Assembly (NCBI GenBank): GCA_038087875.1
Contig: CM075985.1
Span: 8,494,001-8,558,000 of the forward strand
Length of the DNA stretch: 64,000 nucleotides
Reading direction: 5' to 3'
DNA from: Malacoraja senta
Lineage: Eukaryota
Part shown: positions 37,907 through 51,809 of the stretch, piece after piece
How the letters are laid out: every line of letters starts with the position of its first letter
How positions within the stretch are numbered: the stretch's first letter is position 1
Made by a program: the position numbers and the translations under genes
Notes under the pieces: model-generated
Database searches by the model: none
Seen by the model: the letters and a program-made list of their open reading frames with translations, nothing else
What the model was told of the DNA's origin: nothing

Positions 37907-38634
37907 TGGGCCTGTCCCACTTAGGCGATTTTTCAGGCGAATGCCGGCGACTGTCAAGTTGGAACACACACATACACACATCGCTTCCTTCACCAGCCCG
38001 TTATGCAGGCGGGGGACAGGGCAAGCGGGGGGAGCGCTGTCTGAGTGAAATTCACACGGTGCAATGCCAAGGTGATACAGACAAGGTTGGCGCTGTAATT
38101 AAGACGGCTAGCACAGTGTATGGTAAGTCCTTTAAAAGAGGGGGGGGGGGAGAGGTGGGAGAAGCGGGGAGAAGGAGAGAGAAGGAGTGGAGACAACTTT
38201 TAAGAAGCCAGAGATACACGGCTGTGAAGCTCGGCGGACATTTAACATTACCGGTCGGTTATCCTTGGTTCTGAAAACTACTGCTTACGTTTTTTTTCCC
38301 AATGAACCAATGAAATTCACCGGTCAGCACCGGCTACAACTTACGAGAACCTATGAGAAACTTCGACCTCCTGGCGACCCACTGGGACCTCCTGGCGACC
38401 CACCTAAGGCACGTGAATTCTCGCTACTCTCCATGGCGGCTTCATTCTGGTTGCTGCTAATTTTTCAACATGTTGAAAAATTCGCGGCGACCATAATGAG
38501 GCCGCGACTAGTTCCCAGAATGCGGGAACTCCTCACGACCATGAAGGTGACTACCCGGCAACCACCTGCGAACATGTGGCGACTGCATAGTCTCCTGCAG
38601 TCGCCTAAAAAGTCACCTAAGTGGGACAGGCCCA
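37907..38634. mobile_element. Harbinger-type element, family A copy 3
   Basis: TIR TGGGCCTGTCCCACTTAGG; perfect TAA TSD. Confidence 0.9.
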
Positions 38635-39311
38635 TAACTTTAACTGGGGCAAGGATACGCCTTTCTTTTAATTTTTTTGTTGGGAAAAGTTGTATTTTTT
38701 TACCTGGGAAAGTTGTATTGCCTCGTGTGTGGCAGCATTTGTAGTAGGGTAACCTTGCAGAGAGAGATTTGACAAAATTTTACTTAAGAATACGAAAACA
38801 AAATATTGTGGATGCAAGAAATGTGAAATTAAAGCAAAAATAAATTAAAGCAATCTGCAAGGCAGTGAGCAAATGTGAAGAATGTAACAGTTTAACTGAC
38901 AAAATTAGATATAAATTTTGAAGCAAGCATAGACTCAGATAAACAGGTGAATAAAGTACCATTCCATAAAGACCCAAAGGTGGAAGACAGGAATAATTAA
39001 ATAACAATCTATTTGCTGTGCATTTTGGATTTCTAGGTGATGTTTGATTTCCAAAACAGTCTGCTTAACATTGTTGCTGTAAAACCCCAAAGTAGGAGGA
39101 GTATTTTGAGCAGAATTTGACCAGATCATTCTGGCCAGGGCTTGCTGCTTGCAGTTGCTGCCTGTATAAGCTAATCTGGGCCAGATGCAGTGGATAACCA
39201 AGTTGACTCTCTGTACCCTAGAGATGGATAGAGAGCTATAGTAAGGCCTTGCGTCTGATTAGGCCTTGGGTGGTGCAGTCCTGAGGCCCCACCGCAGAAC
39301 ACCCAGACAGT

Positions 39312-39845
39312 TAGGGTTGCCAAATGTCCTGTATTAGTCGGGACATCCCGTATATTGGACTAAATTGGTTTGTCCCATTCGGGACTGCCCTTGTCCCATA
39401 TTTGACTGCTACTACTCGAATCGAGGGGACTGTCGGGTCGGAGCGCCGGGCCCGTCCCGACATAGTGCAGCCCATGGAGTGCAGCAGCAGCACCTCGCCC
39501 GTGGCCCCGTCGGTCAGCAGCCTGGCCAGCTGTCTGACGTTCGGACCTTCGTTTACCGCCGACACTACCACCCCTCCTTCTCATGGCCGATCATTGGTTC
39601 ATGAGTTGGATGGAGTGCCGGACTTTGCGCGCGAGGTTGCACGCAAAGGTCGCACGCAAAGTCTGGTGCCCAGGCCAGAACTCCTCAGCTGGCCCGCCGG
39701 CTGTGCTTTGTGTGCAGTCCAGCACCCGGGCCAACTCATCATTCACCCAGCCACGGCCGAGTCGGTCAATGAATTGCCGTCGGGAATTTGCCCCTTATTT
39801 TGACCTTATGTCTCTTATTTGGGAGTGAGAAAATTGGCAACCCTA
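39312..39845. mobile_element. hAT-type MITE (TAGGGTTGCCAA ends), copy 1
   Basis: TIRs plus 8-bp TSD CAGACAGT/CTGACAGT. Confidence 0.88.
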
Positions 39846-40337
39846 CTGACAGTGTTAGACAAGAATCCACACCGGGGCAGTGACATTATTTTATTGTTGT
39901 TAAATGTGCCTGATATTGATGGATTAGGATTGTTATAATAACGTGGAAAATTTACCAATTCAAAAACCCATTGAAATCATGAAAAAATAATCCAAAAAAA
40001 TAATTACAATTTTCCTTTAACCAGGCCAAGAATCTCCATTCAAATGGATATGATTTCTGATCTTAAGCCAGGTTGCATAGATGTAAGATTGGAGAAGCCA
40101 ATTTCCTTGCATAATGCTGAGAAATCCCTGTAAAACAAGGCACAGTTGTTGGATTCCATGTGGAGTTCTGCATCAATGGCACGTCAGTCAGCATATACAG
40201 CTGGGACTCAACTGTGTGGGAATGATGCGGAAAGCTCTTGTTCCCTTCGGAACAGTCAGACGCAACCAACATGATACAGCCAGTCAAATTTCTAAAATGG
40301 GGAGAAATTAATGAACCAGTAACAATAATTTCCCTTG

Positions 40338-40555
40338 ATAGACACAAAATGCCAGTGTAGCTCAGCGGGACAGGCAGCATCTTTGGAGAGAAGGAATAGG
40401 TGACATTTTGGGTCGAGACCCTTCTTCAAACAGATCAGGGTCTCGACCTGAAACATCACCCATTCCTTCTCTCCAGAGATGCTGCCTGTCCCGCTGAGTA
40501 ACTCCAGCATTGTGTCTATCTTCAGTTTAAACCAGCATCTGCTGTTCCTTCCGAC
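40338..40555. mobile_element. Penelope pLTR fold-back insertion
   Basis: TSD ACAATAAT(T/A)TCCCT at 40322-40335 and 40556-40569. Confidence 0.85.
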
Positions 40556-41161
40556 ACAATAATATCCCTAATCCCTTTCCCCTTACCAATGCCTCCACCA
40601 CCTCTGCCTCCCTTTCACTACTCACCCTCCACAGAACCTTCATTTATTAGACACAGCTTCTAATTGAAGGCTTTCTCTGATGCCAGCATTACATCGATAC
40701 TTTGATCAACCCTCGTTTATGTGTTTGCTCTTTAGAAGTGCCTGTTCTTCATTCACCACAAACATTTGTTGAAATTAAATTGTTCTGGGGATTCCATATT
40801 ATACACCAGCATTTATTATTGTTCTTTGGAGTTCCTCTGATCAGTGTCACAAAACTGCATTTACAGGGCTGCCAACATTGGGTGAGAGTTGAGAGTGAGA
40901 AATTGCGAGGGAGCGTAGCGACCGGGTGGGGGGGGGGGAGGGGGGTAGGGAGCTTTTGCATTTTTCAGCTTGAAATTGTGCAATCTGGTGCATACTGTAG
41001 CGAGTCTTTTAACTTGCATTTGAATGCAACATTTATGCTTTAAATTGGATTAGGTATGAATAAGGTTAGGCTAAATTACATTCCTAATTACATTCCACAA
41101 TAGAGCCAGGCTCTGATCAACAGGTGCAGCACATGAATGACTGTATTCATATATGGAAATC

Positions 41162-41361
41162 NNNNNNNNNNNNNNNNNNNNNNNNNNNNNNNNNNNNNNN
41201 NNNNNNNNNNNNNNNNNNNNNNNNNNNNNNNNNNNNNNNNNNNNNNNNNNNNNNNNNNNNNNNNNNNNNNNNNNNNNNNNNNNNNNNNNNNNNNNNNNNN
41301 NNNNNNNNNNNNNNNNNNNNNNNNNNNNNNNNNNNNNNNNNNNNNNNNNNNNNNNNNNNNN
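41162..41361. other. Assembly gap
   Basis: N-run. Confidence 1.
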
Positions 41362-41570
41362 GAAATCAGATTATATTCATGCTGTTATGTATATATAGAG
41401 CAAAACTCAGAGAAACAAAGCAAAAGTCGGACTTCCATCACTGTTCCGCACAAATAAATCAATCAACCTTGTTCAAGAAGGAACTACAAATGCTGGAGAA
41501 TCGAAGGTAGACAAAATTGCTGGAGAAACTTAGCGGGTGCGGCAGCATCTATGGGGCGAAGGAAATAGGC

Positions 41571-41598
41571 AACGTTTCGGGCCGAAACCCTTCTTCAG
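41571..41598 (-). ncRNA. Minimal hammerhead-like core in a solo Penelope pLTR (41471-41604)
   Basis: Minus strand CTGAAGA-A-GGGT.TTCG.GCCC-GAAA-CG-TT; TSD TCAACCTT. Confidence 0.5.
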
Positions 41599-43149
41599 AC
41601 GGTTTCAACCTTACCCTTTGAATATAGAAACAAGACGAAAATAATGCCACATATTCAATCATATATGGTTCAATGAAATTAAGATATATGTGTAAAAATA
41701 TATATGGAAACAGACCCTTCCGCCCACAAAGTCCACACCGACCAGTAATCTATCATACACCAATTCAATCCATCACGCCAGGGACAATTTACAGAAGCCA
41801 ATTAACCTACAAACCTGCACTTCTTTCGGATATGGGAGAAACCAGAATATCCAGAGAAAACCCACGTGGTAGTAAGGCAGCAACTCTACCACTGCGCCAC
41901 CATGCCACCCCATTAAATTTCTGTAATATATTTATCATGGTGTCACGTGAATAAAGATGAACACATGATTCTGATTTCTGCCCTTAGTTGGATAACACAC
42001 ATGTCCAGTCATTGTGTTTTATGGCTGGTTTTCAACCTCTTCAGGCTGAAGGTCTTGACTCGAAACATCACCCATTCTTTCTCTCCATAGATACTGCCTG
42101 TCCTGCTGAGTTTTTCTAGTTTTTAGTGTCTATCTTCAGTTTAAACCAGCATCTGCAATTCCTTCCTACACTATTTGATAAGCAAAACAGGTCCTATTCT
42201 CATTATATAATTTTGTGATCAGCGTGAGAGCATGAGAATTTTGTGAAATGCGTGAGTCTCACGCTCAATGCGTGAGAGTTGGCAGCCCTGCTAATAATGC
42301 AAACATTTTATGCAAGTTCCAATTGTTTGGACAAAAATCACTTATTACTGCTTTATAACAGTTAAGTTACATTAAGACCATTTCAGAAATTATGGCAGTC
42401 AACAAAAAATCAACTAACAAATTAAAGCCAACTAAAAAAAGTAACATGTTCCCTTTCCTGACTACCTCATAAGTACTTTAATGCTGTTAACAGAGCAAAG
42501 GGATATTAATCTCAAGAATCAAAATGGGGAAAGTGAGGGCAATTTTGCTTAAATGGTCATTCTAAGCCCATTCAGATCTGCATAGAGTCATAGTCATACA
42601 ACATGTACATGGCTGGCCCAATTTGTCCATAATGATCAAGTTGGCATTCTGCGTGCCCAGGGACTGGCTGCCGTTCCCAGATCAGCTCTCATCCCAGGGA
42701 CTGGCTGTAGTTCTCAGGTTGGCTCGCCTGCCCCGACCCCGTGAAAACGAATTGAAAAAAACAACGAGGTTTTTCGGGTTACAGGCCGGATTCGGCCCGT
42801 GAGCCGTAGGTTGCCAAACCCTGTCCTAGATGATTGGCCTCATTGTGGTCCCCCCATGTTTTACAACCAATTCACCTGGTTAGTTCTATCTCCGGCTGCT
42901 TCATGTTGTCGGCGGCTGCACATCCAACCAAGAAAGAAGAGAAGAGAAGAGATGCGACGTCACTCACAGCCGCCAACTGACGCGCTTCCCCAGACTGCAC
43001 AGATCGCTGTGATGTGGCGCAAAAGAGACAAACTGTGCAGGGACTGAAGACAGCGTGAGAATTCTGTCATCAGCGTGAGCATTGGCTGAAATGCGTGACT
43101 CTCACGCTTTGAGCGTGAGAGTTCGCAGCCCTGTCTAAGGCCAGGATTT

Positions 43150-43912
43150 GACAACAGACACACAGGGAGACACATACACAAAGGAAGACACACACACACA
43201 CAGGGAGACAGACACACACACACAGGGAGACAGACAGACACACACATGGGGAGACACACAGACACACACACGGGGAGACACACACAGACACACACACAGG
43301 GAGACACACAGACACGCGCACACACACAGGGAGACACACACACACAGGGAGACACACACACACAGGGAGACAACAACAAACACGGGGAGACACACACACA
43401 GGGAGACACACACACACAGGGAGACACACACACAGGGAGACACACAGACACGCACACACACACAGGGAGACACACACACACAGGGAGACACACACACACA
43501 CAGGGAGACAACAACAAACACGGGGAGACACACACACAGGGAGACACACACACACAGGGAGACACACACACAGGGAGACACACACACAGGGAGACACACA
43601 CACACAGGGAGACACACACAGGGAGACACACACACAGGGAGACACACACACACAGGGAGACACACACAGGGAGACACACAGACACGCGCACACACACAGG
43701 GAGACACACACACACAGGGAGACACACACACACAGGGAGACAAGAACAAACACGGGGAGACACACACACAGGGAGACACACACACACACAGGGAGACAAA
43801 CACACACAGGGAAACACACACACAAGGAGACACACACAGGGAGGCACACATACACACACAAGGAGACGCACACAGGGAGACAGACACACAAGCACACACA
43901 CACACACACACA
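43150..43912. repeat. Compound minisatellite GGGAGA(CA)n
   Basis: Dozens of units with variable CA number and recurring variant units. Confidence 0.97.
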
Positions 43913-44054
43913 CCTTTCCTTCCCCCTCCCTCCATCCTCCCCTTCCTCCCTCCTGCCCCCATCCTTCCCTCTTTCCTCCCCTCCATCTTTCTCCACTTTC
44001 TCCTTTCCTTCCTTCATCCCCTTTCTACATTCCCTCCCCTGTCTCTCTTTGCCT

Positions 44055-44254
44055 NNNNNNNNNNNNNNNNNNNNNNNNNNNNNNNNNNNNNNNNNNNNNN
44101 NNNNNNNNNNNNNNNNNNNNNNNNNNNNNNNNNNNNNNNNNNNNNNNNNNNNNNNNNNNNNNNNNNNNNNNNNNNNNNNNNNNNNNNNNNNNNNNNNNNN
44201 NNNNNNNNNNNNNNNNNNNNNNNNNNNNNNNNNNNNNNNNNNNNNNNNNNNNNN
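44055..44254. other. Assembly gap
   Basis: N-run. Confidence 1.
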
Positions 44255-46933
44255 CGGCCCCCCAATGGAGAGTCTGGCGGGCACGGTGCAGCGTGGATTG
44301 GCGGCGCTGGCGCTGCCGTGTGAGTTGAAGGGCAGGAGGGAGGGAGGGAGCGAGGCTGCAGCGGCGTCCGGCAGCGCAGCGCTCACAGCCGGCACATAGA
44401 GCTGCTGACACCCGGCGGCTGCACATCCAACCAAGAGAGAAGAGACGCGACGTCACTCACAGCCGTCAACCGACGCGCTTCGCCAGACCGTGCAGATCGC
44501 TGGCACGCGGCGCAAAGGGACAAACTGCAGGGACTGAACTCAGCGTGAGAACTCGGTCATGAGCGTGAGGGCGTGAGAATTTGCTCCAAGGCGTGATTCT
44601 CACGCTGAAAGCATGAGAGTTGGCAGCCCTGCATTTAGACCTTTAGAAGAAGATACGAATCGTCAGTATTGGGTGCTGTCTATTTAAGTAAGAGATTACC
44701 TGAGAATTGATTCAGGAAATGCTATATCGTGCTGGGCCATAAATTAAATAAATAAATTCCATGTTGGGCAGTGAGAGATCGATTTATGTTTGCTGAATAG
44801 TCCCACCTTTGTTGGAAGGGGAAAGGAACCACGTTACACCCAGTTCTAATTAAGTAGGCCACAAGTGGAGTTGTATAGAGTGGCAAGACTGCCAATTGCA
44901 ATCAATGTGATGGTTGCAACATGCATGACTAACACTTTAGCATCCTCTTCTGGACTTGGATGATAATTTGTGGTAAACTAACAAAGTAGCATTGCTCTAA
45001 ACTTGTGCTGCAACTAAACTTGGTTCAAATTTAAGGGTCCTTAATGTTAATAGGGACACCTATAATGAGCTATGATGATTAGATCTGACAGTTTGTGGCA
45101 AATCCGGTTAATTAGGAAAAAGTGATTTCCCCAAGAAATTAGACGGGAAGAGCATCATTATAAGATTTCTAAATATAATCATCACATAGCTGAAGAAAAC
45201 CTATAACTATGTTAATGATTAAATTTGCATATTTGATTGTGAGATTTAACGTTAGATAAGGAATGGTAGTCTGATATAATCTCGACTGAAATTTTCACAT
45301 TCTGAATATCTTCAGCTTCAATCTTACTGATTATTGCTTTGGAGAAAATAGCTGTAAGATATTAATTGTCTATTTGAAAAGAGAATCTTTATAGGTTTAT
45401 TGTACAAAATAAATTTCACACATGTTGTAGGGGTGATTTTAGATTTTTGTGAACCTTGAATTTGAAGTTTGGTTAAAGATGAACATAGATACTATTCAAT
45501 GCATTATTGGGAAAGGAATATTCTAAAATCAAACATATGGTTTGGGGATATTTTGAAGTTGCATTTAAAGTTGGACTTTGCATTAGTTTTCTTTCCTTTT
45601 GTGCACTTTATACCGAATTATAGAGTTCCCTGGATGCAGCAATGGAACTTTGCTTATGATTAGAAGGCTTTCATCAGTTTAAAGCTACGTCCTATTACAT
45701 GCACTAGATTGAGGCAGCCAGAGTATTGGCTTTGTATTTTAAGTAATCTAGATTTTATTTTAAATTAGATTTTATTTCTGTATGTCTCCAGCCATACACA
45801 ATTCCCTATAATCATCCTTTAATGATTACATTTTCTTGTCCTAAATGTAATTGTAGCAGTAGCTTTAAATGTCATGGTTCTGGGTCATAATTGAGTCCAC
45901 TAGACATGTAGAAATTTAGTGCTACTGAGCACTAATCTGAAGCTTAAACCATTTATTGCACAAAAATCATGTCTATTGATTATAAATCAGGATTATCAGC
46001 TTAATTAACTTGCTTTTTGAGTCATAGTTTCACTTCAGTCTTTGACAACATAACCTGGTAATCTCTCAGTCCAATATAATCAAGGCAGTCTGCTTTTTCC
46101 AGCAGTTAATGTCAGAGGAAATGTTATAGTTAAGAAAGTACTTGTTCTGAGGTTTGTCGTTTCAGTAAACACCAACTATCTGTGTGTCCAATCACAGATT
46201 TTTTCAGTTAAGCAGTATATTAAGAAAATAACAAATTCATCTCATTTGTCAGGCCTTGCAGTGTACAGTTTGGATACTGCATTAGATATTTTTATTAAAT
46301 ATGATGAGCTTTGAACTAAGTAGTTAGCTATTTCAGAGAGCTGGTATTGTCATGGTGCCACCTCCTGCAGCCTTTGATTCTGTGATTCTGTAAGTAAGTC
46401 TTTCGTTCAAGTTGAACACCTCAATTCTATTGACTCAATCCTCATAGTTTTAATTCCATACAGTGTTCAGAATGTTGCCATGCAATACATTTGTTGAACT
46501 TGAATCCCTCATGTACTTGATTACTGTGTAAATGACTGAAAATAGCCTCTCCTGACAGAATTTCATCAACTTGCCAATCACCAATGGAAGTATTCCTCAA
46601 ATAATGTTGTCCATGTTGCCACTGGGTTGGATACCCCACATAAAGTTGGCACTATATGGAGCCCAGTATATCCTACACCATCCTTTGGTTACACCAAACT
46701 TGAACCGAATTTGTGTAAAAAATGTATTTAATTCATCATTCAAGAAGTTTTAACACTCACCCAGAGCCTTTTCTTGACTATCCTTTCCACAAGTAAAAAT
46801 TCAGGCTAAACTTTTATGCCATTTTATTGGTAATATTTGGAGAGCTAGTCAGTAATCTCAACCTAATTATTTAATCTGGTTTTACTTTAGTGAATCTTCC
46901 GGCAAGAACACAGTCTGAACAAGTATAAATCTG

Positions 46934-48192
46934 AAACATAGAAACATAGAAAATAGGTGCAGGAGTAGGCCATTCGGCCCTTCGAGTCTGCACCGCCATT
47001 CAATATGATCATGGCTGATCATCCAACTCAGTATCCTGTACCTGCCTTCTCTCCATACCCCCTGATCCCTTTAGCCACAAGGGCCACATCTAACTCCCTC
47101 TTAAATATAGCCATTGAACTGGCCTCAACTACCTTCTGTGGCAGAGAATTCCAGAGATTCACCACTCTGTGTGAAAAATGTTTTTCTCATCTCGGTCCTA
47201 AAAGATTTCCCCCTTATCCTTAAACTGTGACCCCTTGTTCTGGACTTCCCTAACATCGGGAACAATCTTCCTGCATCTAGCCTGTCCAACCCCTTAAGAA
47301 TTTTGTAAGTTTCTATAGGATCCCCCCTCAATCTTCTAAATTCTAGCGAGTACAAGCCGAGTCTATCCAGTCTTTCTTCATATGAAAGTCCTGACATCCC
47401 AGGAATCAGTCTGGTGAACCTTCTCTGTACTCCCTCTATGGCAAGAATGTCTTTCCTCAGATTTGGAGACCAAAACTGTACGCAATACTCCAGGTGTGGT
47501 CTCACCAAGACCCTGTACAACTGCAGTAGAACCTCCCTGCTCCTATACTCAAATCCTTTTGCTATGAATGCTAACATACCATTCGCTTTCTTCACTGCCT
47601 GCTGCACCTGCTTGCCTACTTTCAATGACTGGTGTACCATGACACACAGGTCTCGTTACATCTCCCCTTTTAATAATCGGCCATCATTCAGATAATAGTC
47701 TACTTTCCTGTTTTTGCCACCAAAGTGGATAACCTCACATTTATCCACATTATACTGCATCTGCCATGCATTTGCCTACTCACCCAGCCTATCCAAGTCA
47801 CCTTGCAGCCTCCTAGCATCCTCCTCACAGCTAACACTGCCCCCCAGCTTTGTGTAATCCTCAAACTTGGATATGTTGCATTCAATTCCCTCGTCCAAAT
47901 CATTAATATATATTGTAAATAGCTGGGGTCCCAGCACTGAGTCTTGCGGTACCCCATTAGTTACTGCCTGCCATTCTGAAAAGGACCCGTTTACTCCTAC
48001 TCTTTGCTTCCTGTCTGCCAGCCAGTTCTCTATCCACATCAATACTGAACCCTCAATACCGTGTGCTTTAAGTTTGTATACTAATCTCTTATGTGGGACC
48101 TTGTCGAAAGCCTTCTGAAAGTCCAGATATAACACATCCACTGGTTCTCGCTTATCCACTCTACTAGTTACATCCTCGAAAAATTCTATAAG
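46934..48192 (-). mobile_element. Young CR1 LINE, (TTTCTATG)n subfamily, 5'-truncated
   Basis: RT ORFs 47125-47640 and 47776-48190; 5' end abuts a Penelope pLTR at 48190-48316. Confidence 0.97.
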
Positions 48193-49162
48193 AAGAAGGG
48201 TCCCAACCCGAAATGTCACCCATTTTTTCCTCCAGAGATGCTGCCTGACTGACTGAGTTACTCCAGCACTTTGTCTATTTTCGGTATATATCAGCATCTG
48301 CAGTTCCATTCTACACCTCTTCAAATAAGTCAGCTTGACGTTTATCCCCTTTGCCTGACTTCAATTGCCAGATTAAACCAGCTATCAAACAACTTGAATG
48401 CTTTATTGATAACATTAAACAACTTTTTAAGTTAATGTTAAAAGTTCACTTTTAAAATTTAAAATACTAGAAAACAAACTGTTAATTCCATTTTCGTAAA
48501 ATTATTTCAAATATATATTTTTATATATAATTTATATGGCTAGGAATCCCTTTTCAAGTCATTATGATAACTAGTCCACAGTTTGACTAGTATGGGATGG
48601 CAGAAGCATATTCACTGAGGTAAAGTTGGGGAGTCTCTGCCCAATTGGGATCCTTACAAGTCCAGAGAAGAAACAACAATGCCAGATGCTCTGGAATCTG
48701 TCATTAGGTGCTCATAAACTTGTAGCTGGTCCATGTGAGTCTGGTACTAACTGAGTTTGATGAAGACGCAGCCAGCCCATGGAGACACTATCTGTTTCGG
48801 GTGCAATCTGGCAGTTTTCCCAATATCGCACCTGACAAATGACAGAAAGTTCTTGTATTTTTAGCTGGGGTCTTGTGGACCTAGTCTCAAAACACAATGA
48901 TAGGCAATGATCACCTATGCACAACTTTCAACTTTTTCTTGCAGGTGCTTATGACAAGGTGCTTATGTGAGGTCAAACTGATAGTCCTCCAAAGAATGTT
49001 GCCTCACTTTTAGCCAATTTTTACCCTGACCAGTGTTTATTCCTTATCAGTATTTCCAAAACACACTTGTTGATCGCCATAATTTTTTTTTTTGTGGGAG
49101 CTTGCCATGCACAAATTGACTTCAGAGTCTCTACATTACAATCATGGCTGCACTTTGAAATA

Positions 49163-49772
49163 TTAGTTCAGAGATATAGTGGCCCACTGAGTCCGCGCTG
49201 ACCAACGAACACCCATACATTAGTTCTATCTAGGGACAATTTACAGAAGCCAATTAACCGACAAACCTGTACGTCTTTAGAATGTGGGAGGAAACCGGAA
49301 CACCCGGAGAAAACCCACGTAGTCACAGGGAGAACATAAAACTCCACAGAGACAGCACCCGTAGTCAAGATTGAACCCAGATCTCTGGCACTGTAAAGGG
49401 TCTGTCCCACTTTCCCGAGTTATTCACAAATTCTCCCGAGTTTTCAAACTCGCAGAATGTTCGTAATGAGTCCGTAGGAGTCCGTGGATATATCATAGCG
49501 GCTTGTTATGCCAGCCGTAGGTACTCGGGGCATCAGGTAAGTCGGGACGTTTTTTCAGCCTGATGAAAAATGTCCACGAGTAACAAAATAGCCCCGAGTA
49601 CCTACGAGCCGCTACGATATATCCATGGACTCCTACGGACACGTTACGAACATTCTGCGAGTTTGAAAACTTGGGAGAATTCGTGAATAACTCAGGAGAA
49701 TTCGTGAATAACTCGGGAAAGTGGGACAGGCCCTTGAGACAGCAACTCTACCGCTGTGCTATTGCGCTGTCC
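49163..49772 (-). mobile_element. tRNA-derived SINE interrupted by a MITE
   Basis: SINE consensus resumes after 49737. Confidence 0.85.
49397..49734. mobile_element. Almost fully palindromic Harbinger-type MITE
   Basis: AGGGTCTGTCCCACTTTCCCGAG...CTCGGGAAAGTGGGACAGGCCCT; flanks TAA/TGA. Confidence 0.88.
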
Positions 49773-50199
49773 ATATAAACTATGAAAAATAGATTATCAA
49801 GTTAATTAGCATTTTCTGAAATGTATGAGAATGAAAGAATATAAATGGAAATGTTGTTATAAACATTCATCTTTTTAATGGCTATATTTGCATGTGATTT
49901 GCTTTTTTGATTTTAGAAGTTTCCTCTAAACATTCATAATCCCACGCACTGTCTTAATTTCCTAAGTCATTTTCTTTATTATAGTTTTGATGAACCAACT
50001 TCAATTATAATTCTTCTGACATATAAAATTAATCATGTCATTGCAAAAATATCAGTAATATTTTTTCTGTAGAATATAATAAATACCTTTAAGTTTCTTT
50101 CTTAAAACTATCCTTCAGCTCATTGCTGTGTGTCAGATCTCCAGCTGCTACTCTTTGTTAGCTCACTAGTCAGCTTTGTTACATAGAAACATTGAAAAT

Positions 50200-50960
50200 A
50201 AGAGGGTAGGAGTAAATAGATCATTTTCAAGTAGCAGGCTGGTGAGCTACCACTGCTTGCAGCCCTTGTGGTTCAGCTACTAATAATACATATAAATAAT
50301 TTAGATGTAGAACTGAAATGTGATATTTCCAAGTTTGTCAGCAACACTAAACTGGGAAAGATTGTGAATTGTAGGGAGAATATATCGAGGCTACAATTGA
50401 CTTTAAATGACTAAAATATTGAGCAAGTGGATCGAACCATGGAGATGCAGGCTAATGTGGATAGATGTAGAGTTATCCATGTTGGTAGAAAATCCAGAAA
50501 GAGTGTACTATTTAAAAACGATATATTTGCTATAGGGGGAACGTGGGAATGCAGTATAAGGATTGATTAGTTTTACGAGGTTCATATTCATCGGAGTTTT
50601 GAAGAATGTGAGGTGATCTAAGTGAAACATTAAACATTTTGACAGAGCTAGTCAGACTGGATGCCTGGAGGATGATTCCCTTGACTGAGGTGTCAAGAAT
50701 TGGGGGGGGGTGGGGTTGGTGGGTTTATAAAAAAAGATATTTAGAACCGTGATATTCCTCCACTCACAAAATTGTGAATTTATAGATTTTTTCTACCCCT
50801 AAGGCTACTGAGGCCATGTTGCTGAATATATTTAAGAAGTAGATTGACAAAAGTCTTGATGCAAAAACTGTACAAGGGTAAGCGGAGTGACCTATACGAT
50901 GGCCTGATTTTATTGAATGGTGAAGTAGACACAAAGGACCAATATTTTCTGTATTAAATC
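50200..50960 (+). mobile_element. Old CR1 fragment
   Basis: Degenerate ISKF..TKLG and CR1 3'UTR. Confidence 0.7.
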
Positions 50961-51809
50961 TCAATTTCAAAGGCTTCCGTTCACAGGAATGGAAACTTTT
51001 GTAATCTGGGAAGACGTTGTGATGTTTGAGAATTTCGTGCTAATTAACTGCAGATATTGCACTTTCAAAAGAACGTGTCATTTAAGATATGTGGTAAGTT
51101 CTTTTAATGGTAACAATGTATATTATGCATAGGTTCACTTGCACCTCTTAAAATATATCTTGGCATTAAGTTGGGCCCAATGCCATGTCAGGTCATTGAT
51201 CTGACTGGATGTTTAATTTGGTCAATGCTAGAAAAGGAAAGTACGATATTCAGCTGCAATACATGCTACTCAAAGCCAGGTGTTGCCATTTAGTTTTATT
51301 ATTACTATTATGGCTATTTCAACTATTTATCTATGGGCTACAGCCATATAATCTAATCAGGAATGATTTGGACAGTGCACTGTTGCTTCCTGTCCTTAAC
51401 AACTTCTTGCATATAATTTGTAAATTAATTACAGTGTCTATCTGTACAGTCGATGTTACTTTAAAAGAAGTATCTTTATTAGGAAACCTAATTATACCAT
51501 AACAGGCATTGTTTTAAGATGTAAATTTGATGCTTCTGCACTTAAAATTATGTGGAGGACAATAATAGAAGTTTTATTTTCACTGCTTTGTTTTTAAATT
51601 ACATCTGGATAAATGTCAGCAAGAGCTTTTTAAAGAACAAATTAAAGACAGATTTGCATTTATTCAGTGCCTGCCTCACACTTAGGACATAGCAAACTAC
51701 AGCAAATGACGTGCTATTAAAAAGCACATGTGTTTCTATTGTAGAAAGCTTAAAGAAATAAAACTCTTTGTGTTGCTGCACTAAATGTGAGTATTCTTAT
51801 TTGACAGGT

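Larger units (their letters stand above)
40864..44631. mobile_element. Nested or composite hAT-type elements with CAGGGCTGCCAAC ends
   Basis: One left end at 40864; three right ends at 42290, 43133 and 44631, each with GCGTGAG subterminal repeats; two gaps inside. Confidence 0.6.

Noticed and set aside
37837-38744. 145- and 185-aa ORFs partly repeated at 608-889
   Set aside because: Inside a non-autonomous Harbinger element; no transposase or Myb motifs; frames are not conserved among copies.
42960-44456. Long ORFs of 283-454 aa rich in CV or TH
   Set aside because: Translations of the GGGAGA(CA)n minisatellite and an N-gap.
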